Shown here: positions 50,901-62,578 of the stretch, in pieces | Numbering within the stretch: position 1 is the first letter of the stretch | Layout: every line of letters starts with the position of its first letter | NCBI GenBank assembly: GCA_004764695.1 | Contig: SMSO01000037.1 | Location: 2,518,747-2,582,746, forward strand | Direction: 5' to 3' | DNA: 64,000 nt | From: Schizochytrium sp. TIO01 | Lineage: Eukaryota > Protista > Bigyra: Labyrinthulomycetes | Notes under the pieces: generated by a model | The model's database searches: none | Told to the model about the DNA's origin: nothing | Seen by the model: only the letters and a program-made list of their open reading frames with translations | Translations under genes and position numbers: made by a program

Positions 50901-53900
50901 CCCACGCACAGCGAATTCGCGATGCTCGTGATCTAGCACAGCAGGAGCACCTCCAAGTGCCAACTGGGCAGACAGTGGACACTGCGGCGGCGACTTTTCC
51001 CGTGGCTCTTTGTAGCAGAGAACGCTCAAGGACCAGCCAAAGCGTCGCGCAGATCGGACCTTCGCACGCCGGGAGTCGTTCCAGTGCGGGCACTGAGCAA
51101 TGCAGAAGAAGATGCCAGGCATCGTCATCATCGCACTTTGAAAAATCACCGACATCCAAGAATCACTGCTACGGGTAGCCGTAAGAGGTCGCTAGCACCG
51201 CTGCTGGCCACAGAAGAAGCGGTCCCCGCGCATGTCCCAAGTTCGTTTCTGGCATCCACCCAAATAACCCGTTCTTGAGAAATACCCATTCAATCAACCG
51301 CTTTGGCACACAAACTTGCTCGCAGGCTAGCAAACATGCAGGCAGGCCCAAGGCCTCGGGTCGCTGATTTCAGGGTGAAGGCAAGTGCCATTGGGCGCTG
51401 TCTTGAGCTTGAAGCAGATTAGACTTTGCATTCAGAACACCAAACTGAGGCAGCGGTTCGCAAAGACTTTCTTTCCTTCGTATCACTGGAATATGGATCG
51501 CAGAAACTGCTGGCAGGCAGACCTCCTCAAGGCTGACAAACGAAACTTGGAGCGAGCTCGCAGTCGCAGGCGAGATGACGCGCAAATTCGCGACCCCGAA
51601 CAGCCTCGTACCAGCGGCGCATTAGCATTGCGTGGAGCGCAAGGGCGTCGCACTTCAAGTTGTTCGTGAGTCAGGAATCACTAAAATTATACTACCTGTT
51701 GCCCTTAACAGTCATATATCTCAACGTTTAGTTTTTAATTGTTTTGATACCATATTCATATTCTCATAGATTGTATGAAAGAAAGAAGAAACGAAATAAA
51801 TAAATGACTCATTCATTCATTCATTCATTCATTCATTCTAAAATGGAAATGAGAGGAGGTAAAAAGAAAAGAAACCAGCAACCGCTGCTAGTGCCCATAG
51901 ATACATAAAACTATAGGGGTGGCGATCGTAACGTAAGACAATAGGAGGAAAGAAGAGGAGGAGGAGGCCATTGATAGACTAAGCGCAAGACTTCCCGAGA
52001 TGTCTGCGTCTGGCCTTTCCTGCCCGAGAAGCGAGAGCACAGGCCACAAGCAAGGCCCAGCTCGGTGGCGCAGGCTTGCAAATAACGCTGACCGCCTGGC
52101 AGGTCGAGCAGCCACCCCGGGAAATCAAGAAGCTGCTCCAGCCGGCCTCTTGGCTTCGCTGTCGGCGAGGCGGCGTTGACGGCGGGTGAATGAGAGAGCC
52201 GCGGCTCACCTTTTTGAGAGTGCTCAGTTGCCCAATCTTTGGCCGTGAAATTATCGCACATAGGTAGGTAGGTACCTATGGGATTCTTGCCAGAGAATGG
52301 ATGAAAGTCTCGCGCAACTATGAAGGAGATAGCTTGCACAGGTATGAAAGGCCTGCCTCAAGTTGCTCGCTCTCGTTGCAGCAGAGACGTGCGCGCTCCT
52401 GCTGCAACTGCTTAAGCGGCAGTGCGAGATAGACGTCATCTGTGTGAAGGCGCCTTTGGCTGGAGTTCTCATGGAGCGAGAAGGATGCCGCGATAATAAT
52501 ATTGGCTTCAGAAATACACTCTCAGTTCCTGCGGAGGAAAAGCAAACATCGCAGTCTTTCTTCTCCCAGGTTGCGTGAACCTGCTGTCCATGGGGTACGT
52601 ACGAAGGCCTGAAGTTGCGCAGGTGCTTACTATACGTAGTGCCATCTTCGTTTCTCTCTTTCTCTGTCTTTGACTTTCCCTGTGTTTTTAGCTTGAAGAA
52701 CTCTGAAATATGATCCATGGGTTTCTTGCAAGAACAAGTTAGAATCCTTCGCCCGAAATGAACTTCGTACTAACTAGGAATTGAATTGAAAGATCGAGAG
52801 GAGTGAATGAGGCACTCCCGCACGTGCGAGCGAGCCGAGTCGAGTCGAAGCGAGCCGAGCTTCGCTCGCGCGCCCAGCTCGCCTGAAGTCGTCGCGAAGC
52901 CGCGAGATGATGTTTTTCTCACACTGCACTCACTCGCACGGAGGGCGAAGCGAGCGCGGTATCTCTCCAATCTTTCAATCCACGGCGTTGAAAACGCGCA
53001 CCCAAAGAGCCCGAGTTCTCTCGAACGAACCTCGTTCACTCCATCGCCTCCATGCATCGTCGTGCTTTGACTACGTTTCCTCCGCTATCTTCGTTCTCTG
53101 CACCCATAGTCTAGTCCAGTCTATCTAGCTAGCAGTGAGATCCATATTCCTCCGGGTCAGGTCCGAGTTCGCGGGTGGCCATCTTTGGCATGTGTTTGCA
53201 CCACCGCACTAACTAACTCCACAGAGGAAGGCGGTTCTCTTCAAAAGCAGCGGTTAGCGGTTCTCTGAAGTGCGTGTTGGTATAACACATGATATTATGC
53301 AGATGTTGAGTGGATGTATGTGTTGTTTATGTCTGCGTATATCTCGTAGCGCTGCGTCAAGGCGAGTTATACTTGTGTATGTATGTATGAATGTCTGTAT
53401 GTATGTATCTGTGGATCTTCAAGCTGCTCGCGTCGCACTTCGATGCCAGAGCCTCCTAGCGCGCGCTAGCACGAACTGTAGGAGCGCAGACGCACGTGAG
53501 ATCGACGCGTCATTCGCGGGCCACCGTATATTTTTCTTTTCTTTTCTTTCTTTTCTTTCTTTTCTTTTTTCCTCCTCCTTGGTTTGCTTTCTTTTTCTTT
53601 CCTCTCGAAAGCATCCTTTTTCTACTCTAATTAACATTTTTTAAAACAATCTTAAATATAAAAGACTTTTAATTAACTCAAATGCTGCCATGCCTTTCTA
53701 TTCTTTCCTCTGTCTCTTCCGAGACCCTTTCATTGACGAAAGTGAACACAGTTGGAGGAAAAGGAAAGGGCCCATGTCCTTTGTCCCGTTCTTTTCTCTC
53801 AAAGCGGGCGGTAGAAGGTACCCAGCTACCTGCGTACTACCTGCTGTATACATATAGTCGTTGTGGACACCGTCCATCAGTCACATCACCTCGCAGCGGC

Positions 53901-55330
53901 AAGTTTTACATTTTCAAGGTTTCTTCAGAGTTCTATTTTCTTATTGGCATCTTGGAGCAGCACCCCTGTCTTGAAGTTGTCGTTGGCTTTTCTTTCTGGT
54001 TGCCGAAGCCTTTCTGTGAAGACTTTCTGCAAAGACTCTCTGTTGTGAAGACGTCGCCGCGAATGTGCTGCTCTCAGAAAAGGAGGAGCGCACAGCTACC
54101 AATGGAAAATAAGTCAATAAATAATTTATTAACTACAATAACAAAATAAATAAATAAATAAATAAATAAATAAATGCGTGAATCATTGTATGAATGAATG
54201 AGAATATATATTCCTCAGTATTTCCTGTGCCTTTGAGGCGCCTGCCTGATCTCCTTCCTTTCCAAAGCGAGAGAACACTGCTTTCAACTAACAACCACTA
54301 CTCACACATATATTTCATTTTGTTTAATTTTAAAAAGAAAGAAAAAAAAAACCAATTTAAAAAGAACGAACACTCGGAACTGGAGTTGTCGAGACTACGC
54401 TGCAGGCGACGCCGCCTAGTGTCTCCCTAGCAACTCCTAGATTGACGCGTCGCCGCCCTCACGTGGCCTTCCAGGAGGCCCTTGTTTGTTCCAAAGTGCC
54501 TTCTTTCGTTTGTGCATCCCGGTCATTATCCTCCTCGCACCTGGGCATTGGGCACCTTCTCGCCAAGCAAGCGCAGCGCGATTTAGTCACTCGCTCGCGC
54601 AGCCTTGCGTGCCCATGAGCTGTCACGGAATCCTGCGAAATTGTAAACGACGGCGCACGAGGGTTGATGCGCTGTTTTGGATTCAAGATCGACGACTTAG
54701 CCTTGAAAGAACCCAGGTAAATCAAATAGGTGAATCAAATGCATGCATGCATACATACAGAGATACATACATACATACATACATACGTAGATTTCAAAGG
54801 AAAGCGTTGAACAGAAAAGCAGAGGCGGCGGAGAATCGTGAGCGAATTCAGAGTCTGAAAAGGTCTCGAGAAAACCTCACGCTGAGAAAGAAAACACACG
54901 TCTCAGCCTGGAAAAGCAGAGAATCGCGACAGATTGGCAGCGAATTAGGCGCATGATGAAGTCAATCAACTAGGTTCACCAGGGACTGCGATGAGCGAGA
55001 TATAAGGCCTCTCAAAATTCGCGAACCACGAGTCGCGAAGAGCTGCTTACTTTTAAGCAGCAACGTATGGAGGAGAATCGGCATATCGCCACTTCACCCA
55101 AGGACAGACCAAGTCCTCTCTCCCTGGAGCAATCAATCCATGCATGCCAACACCAGAAGAACAGCCGATCGATCGGTCGATTGCTTCTTTAGTTGTTTAG
55201 TTCTTTAGTTGCTTCGTTGCTTCGTTGGAGGCAGTCAGACGATTCCAACCAAGCAAAGCCCAGGCTCCGCAGAGATCGCAAGCTGCCCTTTGCATTCATC
55301 CATACGCACACCCTCCTCGCGAGGGAGGCT

Positions 55331-55443
55331 TTCTTCTTCTTCTTCTTCTTCTTCTTCGTAGGCATGGGTGGCTGGCCGTTGTCGAGAGATATAGAAGAAG
55401 AAGAAGAAGAAAAAGAAGAAGAAGAAGGAGGAGGAGAAGAAGC
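55331..55443. repeat. (TTC)9 followed by (GAA)n/(GGA)n: mutually complementary trinucleotide tracts
   Basis: TTC run at 55331-55357 and GAA run from 55394, separated by 36 nt. Confidence 0.9.
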
Positions 55444-58400
55444 GAAGGCCAGGACTGTTCTCGCTGTCTTCCGAGTTCTGCCCTCCTTCCGAAATGAACG
55501 AAAGGATCAATCGACTAGGCACTCTGAGTAGAAGCGAGCGACGATTCTTTCGCGGGTGCTGATGTCAGCTCTAGTTTTTTTCCCCTTTTTTCCCCTTTTC
55601 TTGATAAGGGATACTTATTTTATGATCTCCTCCGTTCTTTTGCTTAGAGTAGAAAGTAGTACTTTCTTTCACCTTTTTGTAAAAACAACTTTGAACTTGG
55701 AGATGAAATATAAAATAAAGTTTTGTTGCGTTTTTTTGTTTTATTTTAATAAATTATGAATAGATGGAGAGAGAGCTATGCATCACTCACCCCTGCGTGT
55801 ACAGGTAGAGATGCAAGTCACCTGTTTTTTTAGTATGGGCTGACGATTGAGAAAGACTCCGCAAGGAAACAAGAACGCTGCAAATGCCCCTCGGAAACTA
55901 TTTCTCCGATCAAAAGAACACCTCTTTTATACTCTTTTTCTTTATTTTAACTTCTGAAAAGAGTCGAGGAGGTGTTCTTTTTGCGTGGTTTTGTTTTCGC
56001 TCGCACTCGCTCTCCCCAAGGCGTCGTGAATGACCCCGTTTTCCTCCCGACCTCTTCGATTTTATCCACCTTCCGCTGAGGCACTAGCATAACTCTTACT
56101 AATCACTATGCTTATTCCGGTGGTGTTCTGTTTTGATTTTTAAAATGAAATATATGACTGAGGCTTTTATCTTTGATCTTCTTTTTTTAAATTAAAAATT
56201 AAAGAGCAAGAACAATGTTTTAGAATACCTCAACCTTTTGATGACATGACGATTCTCTCTAATTCTTCAAACTGCACAGAGAACCACCACTGTCACGAAC
56301 CACGTTGAGACTCGCTGGCGTTGGGCTTCGCTCGTGTACCAAGTCAAACTCGAGAAGGAGCGCCAACAATCGCAGGTCAAGAAGCTAGAGTCGTGCAATC
56401 GCCGTGATCATCGTGCAACGGGCTCAGAGCAGGCCGTGCGCTTCACCCATCTTCAAGCTGATCGATCGATCATGTGGCCGACCATCGTAATAGCTATAGT
56501 ATCAGCGCCTCTCGAGCAGCTAGTTAGCAGTATTGATGTATGTCTTATTTATGCGACCCTTCCGAAGATAGAATAAAAGGCGATGGCGGTAACCAATGAA
56601 TCGATCATTCGATACCCACCGTTCTTGCTGCGATAATTATCATGGCCACAGATTGATTCACATCATAAAGCCTCTAGAGGTGCCTTTGAAAGAAGAAGCA
56701 GAAAACAACAACCATTAATGACGAATCGCGCAAGAACCCCGTGCTCGTACTAGTACTGCGACGAGCTGGCATTGAGACTTCCAAAAAACGCAGGCTACCG
56801 AGAAAGACCCTCAAAAGACCGTTCAACAAGGTTGGCTGTTGTTCTCTACTGCTGCGAAAATGCGGCTAAATCTCTCGGATTTGTTGCCCGTCACGGCTCA
56901 TGCGGACTTACAGGATGCATTAACTCGCTAGGTACAATTTACTCAAGCTCCTATGAGGCAAGCAATAGATCTGGATACATCGAACTGTTACATTCAAGGG
57001 AGAGGAATGAGCCACCTTGCCTTGTGAGGAGATCTTTTGATTGGGCGCATTTAGATGCAGATTGATGCTAGAAGGGAAATCCAAATTAATCTGCAGGCTT
57101 AGCGAGTAGCAAGGGGGAGACCGAGGCATCGTGATGCATGATCGTGGCGATTTTGTGGCATCTTGTCAGGGAAGAGAAGCAGTAGAAGCACAAATTAAAG
57201 GGCAGTTTCCTGAGCGGGAAGTTGTGTCCTCTGCAGCAAATTCTCGAACCAAACACCTCATGTGAACAGCATAACTTAGTACAGGACTTTGCAGTTTCGT
57301 TCGTCTGGTTCCGGCTGATGCGGATCTATCGAAAAGACGAGGTTTGAAGTCAAGTTTAATTAAGCTGGGTCTGAACATGGCCCTTCTACGCGATTTAATT
57401 CGCAGGTAGTCCACAGATCAGAGCAGAATGGACAAGAGATACATGCAAAACATTTCCTGGAATGTCAGCTCACGGTATTTCCATGCGGGACGGACTCATT
57501 GCTTGCGTTTTAATGCGGCAAGAAGAGCAACCCTTCCGCTCTTGGCTCGAGCACAACAAATGTGTGTCCATGAACCCATCACAAAACCTGTGCAGATGCA
57601 AGTTCGATTCGAGAAATAGCTCGATTCCAAGTCCCTTCTCTGCTGCAGAAGAAAGAAAGTATGTATCCCACCCACTCTAATTCTCGAGATCCTCGCGCAC
57701 GAATGATTGTTTTAGTGGTACTAAACTTGGATCTCCGCTTACGTTGCAGTTCCATTCCGGGCAGATAGATTTTACTTAGACGCACGGGTTCGACGCCACA
57801 ACGAAATTCCTGGGTGATTTGGCTTCATGCACTCCATTCAATTACTCATAGTACCTACTTCCTCTGTCATTTCCGGAACCTTGATCACTGGCCCCCATGA
57901 AACGAACGCTATTCATCCCCTTTCAGAGCCACAGCGAACTCGAAGATTGGAGGTGTCTATGGTCTTGAGTTATCAATGCCGGAGCCCAGGCTGGTTCTGT
58001 GCCACAGGGTCTTGGACGCTGCTCGACTCGCGGTCGGCCTGGCCAGCTGACCAGACAGACAACCAGTCGGCCTGCTCGCGAGATGGGCCAAGCTCCGGAA
58101 GATGAACGAACTCCTGAAAATGTGGCTGACTGCTGACTTGAAATAAATGCGCGAATCGAACTCTTCGAAGTCGTCGAACTCCTTAAATTCCACACAGCAA
58201 TATGCTACCAGGCGCCTAGTAGCTTGCTAGTCGACCCTACTTCAAACACTCGGAGTGGGACCGTGCGGACGGTACCGGAGGACCCAGCGAAAAGCGTTGG
58301 GAGGAAGAAGGAGGATAGAGTCCTGGATACGGAATACTATAGGGACGTCGTTTGGGGATCGTGGCCCATCTCGTGCACATGACCTCTGAGAAGGTGAGTA

Positions 58401-58815
58401 AAATCACATAACAGCCTCAGTAAGCAGATAAATGTACGACGAGGAGGCCTGCCTTAACGAAGACGAACGGGAACGCACGTCAAACGCAACGATCGATCGA
58501 GCCGGAAAGGCCAAAAAGACTCGAACGCGGCCCCAAGCCAGAGGAGGGGCTCTGGGACAGATTCGCAGGAAAATGCAAAGGCTGGAGACAGAATCGGCAA
58601 TCAATCACTCACTCACTCACAATGAGGTCTCTTTAGGACCAAGTGAGTCGTCTCTCCGTACCTGTACCTACCTACTCCTAGTTAGACAGGCGTGTTAATA
58701 ATGCGGATAGCCATAACCCTAGGAAGGGTTCCCAGTCTCGGCAGACAGAAGACTTGAAAAGAACGCAACGAAGTCAAAGAAGTTTTGAGTCTTCTGAGTT
58801 CCAAACAATAGAAAG

Positions 58816-58964
58816 GTGTTCTTTTCTTCTTCGTTTTCTTCTCTTTTATTTTTTTTTCTTTCTTTTTTCTTTCTTTTTTCTTTCTTTTTAAATTTGGTTT
58901 TAAAAAGTTCCAAGTTTCTTTTTTTTTAATTACTTCAGTTTCGAGCTTGGAGAGGATAGAACAC
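58816..58964. promoter_or_regulatory. Poly(dT)-rich island bracketed by GTGTTCT and AGAACAC (example module)
   Basis: GTGTTCT at 58816 and AGAACAC at 58958, with a T-rich tract between. Confidence 0.5.
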
Positions 58965-59199
58965 CGCTGATTTTTAATGTTCTTTTTTGCATCATGGTAT
59001 CTACCTTACCTACATAGGACTACCTACTTCACGAATGTTTTTACTTTACTTCTTCTTTTTTAATTCGAAGGTATAAGTAAGTATTATTATTTTATAAGAA
59101 GAAGAACTCTGAATGAATAAAAATGCACGAAAAAGGCGCGGCGTGGATAACTAAGTCAGAGAAAGAACAGTGACGATGCTTAGCGCTAACACACGACGG

Positions 59200-61212
59200 A
59201 TAAGGAGAGCGAAGAGTTGAAGAGAAAAGCGCAGCGTCATCGATGTTCGTTTGTGACTCGAACGAACCGGATCGCACTCTAACATTGAATACATCAGGGT
59301 AAACTTTAGAACCACCCACCAAACCGAACACTCTCTTTGATAGATTCATAGATTGATGAACGGGTGGCAGACAATGACGCAGACATGCTATAACAAGGCG
59401 CCTCGATCGACGAGCATTGCAATTAAACGAGTTGAAAAGGAGCCAACGATGGAAACGAAGAACCAACCCAACCCATATAGAAATAGAATCGTTGACTGGG
59501 TCTAAGCCTACTCAGCTTAGAGTGAGTTTTCGTAAGATTGTAAACTGTGCGTCATCGAGTCCAAGTCTCTCATTGATTTACCTATTTGATCGAGCTTTGC
59601 AACTGCTGGTACATTATCAGTTCTAGTGCACTTAGAAGGCCAATATTGCTTAATTTACTCAACAATCTTCCATTCAGAAGAGGAGGAGGACCTTTTTAAG
59701 AATGTGAGCACATTTCTTGTGGGGCCTCAAATTGGCTTGGCCGTGACGCGGCCCTCATTACGCACATGAACCTGTGGATCGAAGGAGTAAGAGATCGCAC
59801 AAGGTGCTGCGCAGCGTCTAAAAATGGTGAATTTTTTTGTTACCTTTGATGATGGAATCATTATCTCATAACTTGCACTCCGCGTTAAGTAAGTAAGTAA
59901 GCATACCAAAACTTTGCTGCTCCGGTTCCGGACCGGCAAATTGGCTTGAGAGAGGTTCCCCTGCCTCACTAAAGTGTTTTTACCAGTTTAAGAATTAATT
60001 ATCAATCACGATTCTGTTCTTCTGACTTTCAAGGTAACTGATGCTGTGCTGTTGTCCGAAACTAAACCAGAGTTTGCTATTGGATTTTTCATTCGGCCTT
60101 CAGAAGTCCTTATTTGCTTTCCTGCGACCCGCACAAATCTACGTTCACATTTGATGGGAATTCGCCGCTTTAACAACATCGTGATGAGGCTGTCTTGCTG
60201 TGAACAAGCTGACGTTACCAGTGCTATCCTTTCCGCTATGAGTTGAGCTAGTGGCATACGTGTCTCGTCGTCGTTGCCCTACGAATTAACATGAGAAATC
60301 ACAACGGCCCGCGGCCTAAGCTCGACAATTTAATCAAAAGCGTACTTATTACCACTTCTTCAGAAATACTCAAGCAAACATCTTAATCGCCTGAGCGAGA
60401 TTTTCTGTACGAAATCAACCAGATATAAGTCAACGGTATTTACTTCTACGGTGACTGCGCAGGCGCCAGAATAAAAGTAAAAGAAGTGTGAGGGTAGATG
60501 GCCAAACATGAAGTTTCACTTTACTTGTTCTGCTATCGAATTGCTGGTTGACTGTATTTTATAGTACTTTTGGTTTGCGAATTAAGCCCAATGATTCGCC
60601 GTAGGTTAGATTATAGCAAGCTAATAGAGCGATTATCTCATTCCCTTGACTTCGGCGTCGCTCTGAAGCGTTTCGTGTTGTCTTACGGTGCTTTAACCCT
60701 ACGCTTTCACACCCTTACCAACATGCGCTCCCTTGATTAGCCCCACTATCTTTCGTTCTCCATAACTTTATGAGAGTTGCAATTCTAAGGACCGCTTATA
60801 AGAATGGCACAGTTCACTCTGCAAACTCCGTATCCAAACGAAACAATATCACATGCCAATTGACAACATACAGTTGCTCTGCGATGGTAATTAGGTGTTA
60901 TCATAATTAGACGCATCAACCGCCGCCATGATACCTACAGACTTAAGCGCGTCATCGTCGCTTGTCTTGAGCGGTAGACTGCAAAAGCTACTTGAGGTAA
61001 CAATAGATTCTATATGACTAAGGAAATGTGTTGCGCAAACAGACAAAAACGATGATTGGGAAAGATCCAGTTTGCTCAGTCAGTCTAAGAGTATATACGG
61101 CGCAACCAACTTACAAAGCATTCTGCACACCCGAACAAACTGAGTAAAGAGATTCTGCCGATCTTGTCAGTTCTGCTAGACGACCGGGTTTCTAAAACTT
61201 GAAGGGCAACAT
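59200..61212 (-). pseudogene. Possible highly decayed F-box/leucine-rich-repeat gene
   Basis: Manual minus-strand translation across frameshifts and stops gives MLPF/VLET..QDRQNLFTQFVRVCRMLCKLV (F-box-like), then LSKLDLSQSSFLS, LSALELIMYQQLQS, LGLDDAQFTILRKLTLS and TNIDDAALFS (LRR-like). The region lacks the long microsatellites and AT islands of neighbouring intergenic DNA. Confidence 0.25.
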
Positions 61213-62578
61213 AGTTCTGAACCGTACACGCGAGGAACGTTCGTGGGCTTGGGTCTCTGAAGCAATAGACTTACCACATCTGCTATTGTAACTAGAGGGA
61301 GTTTACAACAAAAAAAAAAAGATTTTTTGTACTTTAGGGGGTGGGGATCATCATTGCTTATCAAGGTTAAAAGAACAGTTCGTAAACCGAAAGGTCTCTA
61401 GCTTAGAACGGGGAATATATTTATTGCTTCATCATTTGCAAGAATAAAAAATGAACTAGCTACCGCCTACGATTTAGCAACAAAATAGCCTGCTAACAAC
61501 AAAATACAGCAAAGCAGCACAAACTTCAAAACGATTCCCAAAAGAAAGAAGCAACCACTGTATATCATCTCGAAAATTCTAGATTACGATTTTGGCTAGA
61601 GTTTTCAGAATTACTTGGAATAAAGTCAGGTATGCAGATCTGTTTTCTTCAGATATTTTTTACCTTACCGTAAATGTTTATTGGTTTCTGCTTAATGGCC
61701 TGTCAGTCAACGATCTCTCCAACCCTGGTCTTCCCTTCATTCTTGTAGAGCCTTAGTATAGGGTTATTTTTTATTGGCTATTCCTTTACTCATATGCTCG
61801 TTGACAAAATTTGTTAAACAAAAAACCATCGCAGAACTGCAATCTTATCCATTGCTCCACAAACACATCATTACAGATTAACTGAAGTGTAATATTTCTG
61901 AAAACGTATCCCTGAGCACCCAGTGATTGACTGGAAGATGAAGGCAAGGAATCCGGAAAGCATGATAAACTTTAAAAGGTATTGTATACTTAGGGAGAGA
62001 GCAATGTGCTGACCTTGGAAACAAAACTCCGAAGTAGGCGCAACCTTGTTTCCCTGGCCACTATGTGGTTGCCTGATCAAAACCTAAGCGGGGCGTAAAC
62101 CCTATGGAATAAAATAGTTTATCGAGAACACTCGAGCAATATTGTAAACATCATACATAGTATACTCCGCAATTACCGAAGCAGCTCCTTATATGAGCAC
62201 CTGGTAGGCAACATTATATTAATTTAAAAAATCGTAATACGGTAGAGTCTCACAAACAAATTAAGTACTCCATCTGATGTGATATCACTCAAACTAACTT
62301 GGAATCCAATTTAAAATCCTACCTAACTAATCACCGAGCGCTCAGCATTATGAATAAACCTTGACATAAGTTAACTATACTAAGCACCCTCAAAGCCTAC
62401 TTTCTATATATAATTCTCTAAGAACTGTATCAGAAAGTCTTCCCAGAGCCAAGCTACTCCAAGATAACAAAACATTTGAACTTTCTGATCAAATCGAATA
62501 TTCAAAGTTGTTCACATCTCAATAGAAATATAAACAAATCAAACAAGATCCATTTATGCCAATTCAATATTGTTAACG

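Noticed and set aside
36580-56600. Numerous 60-155-aa ORFs in the gene desert, and similar ones at 1-7.5, 14.2-23.6 and 26.3-35.3 kb
   Set aside because: Most start at non-ATG codons, run through microsatellites (ERERER, SFFLSFFL, INQSINQS) and show no codon bias or recognisable motif.
57781-57800. tRNA T-loop-like GGTTCGAC (a similar GGTTCGAA occurs at ~29033)
   Set aside because: No T-stem pairing, no D-arm and no acceptor stem.
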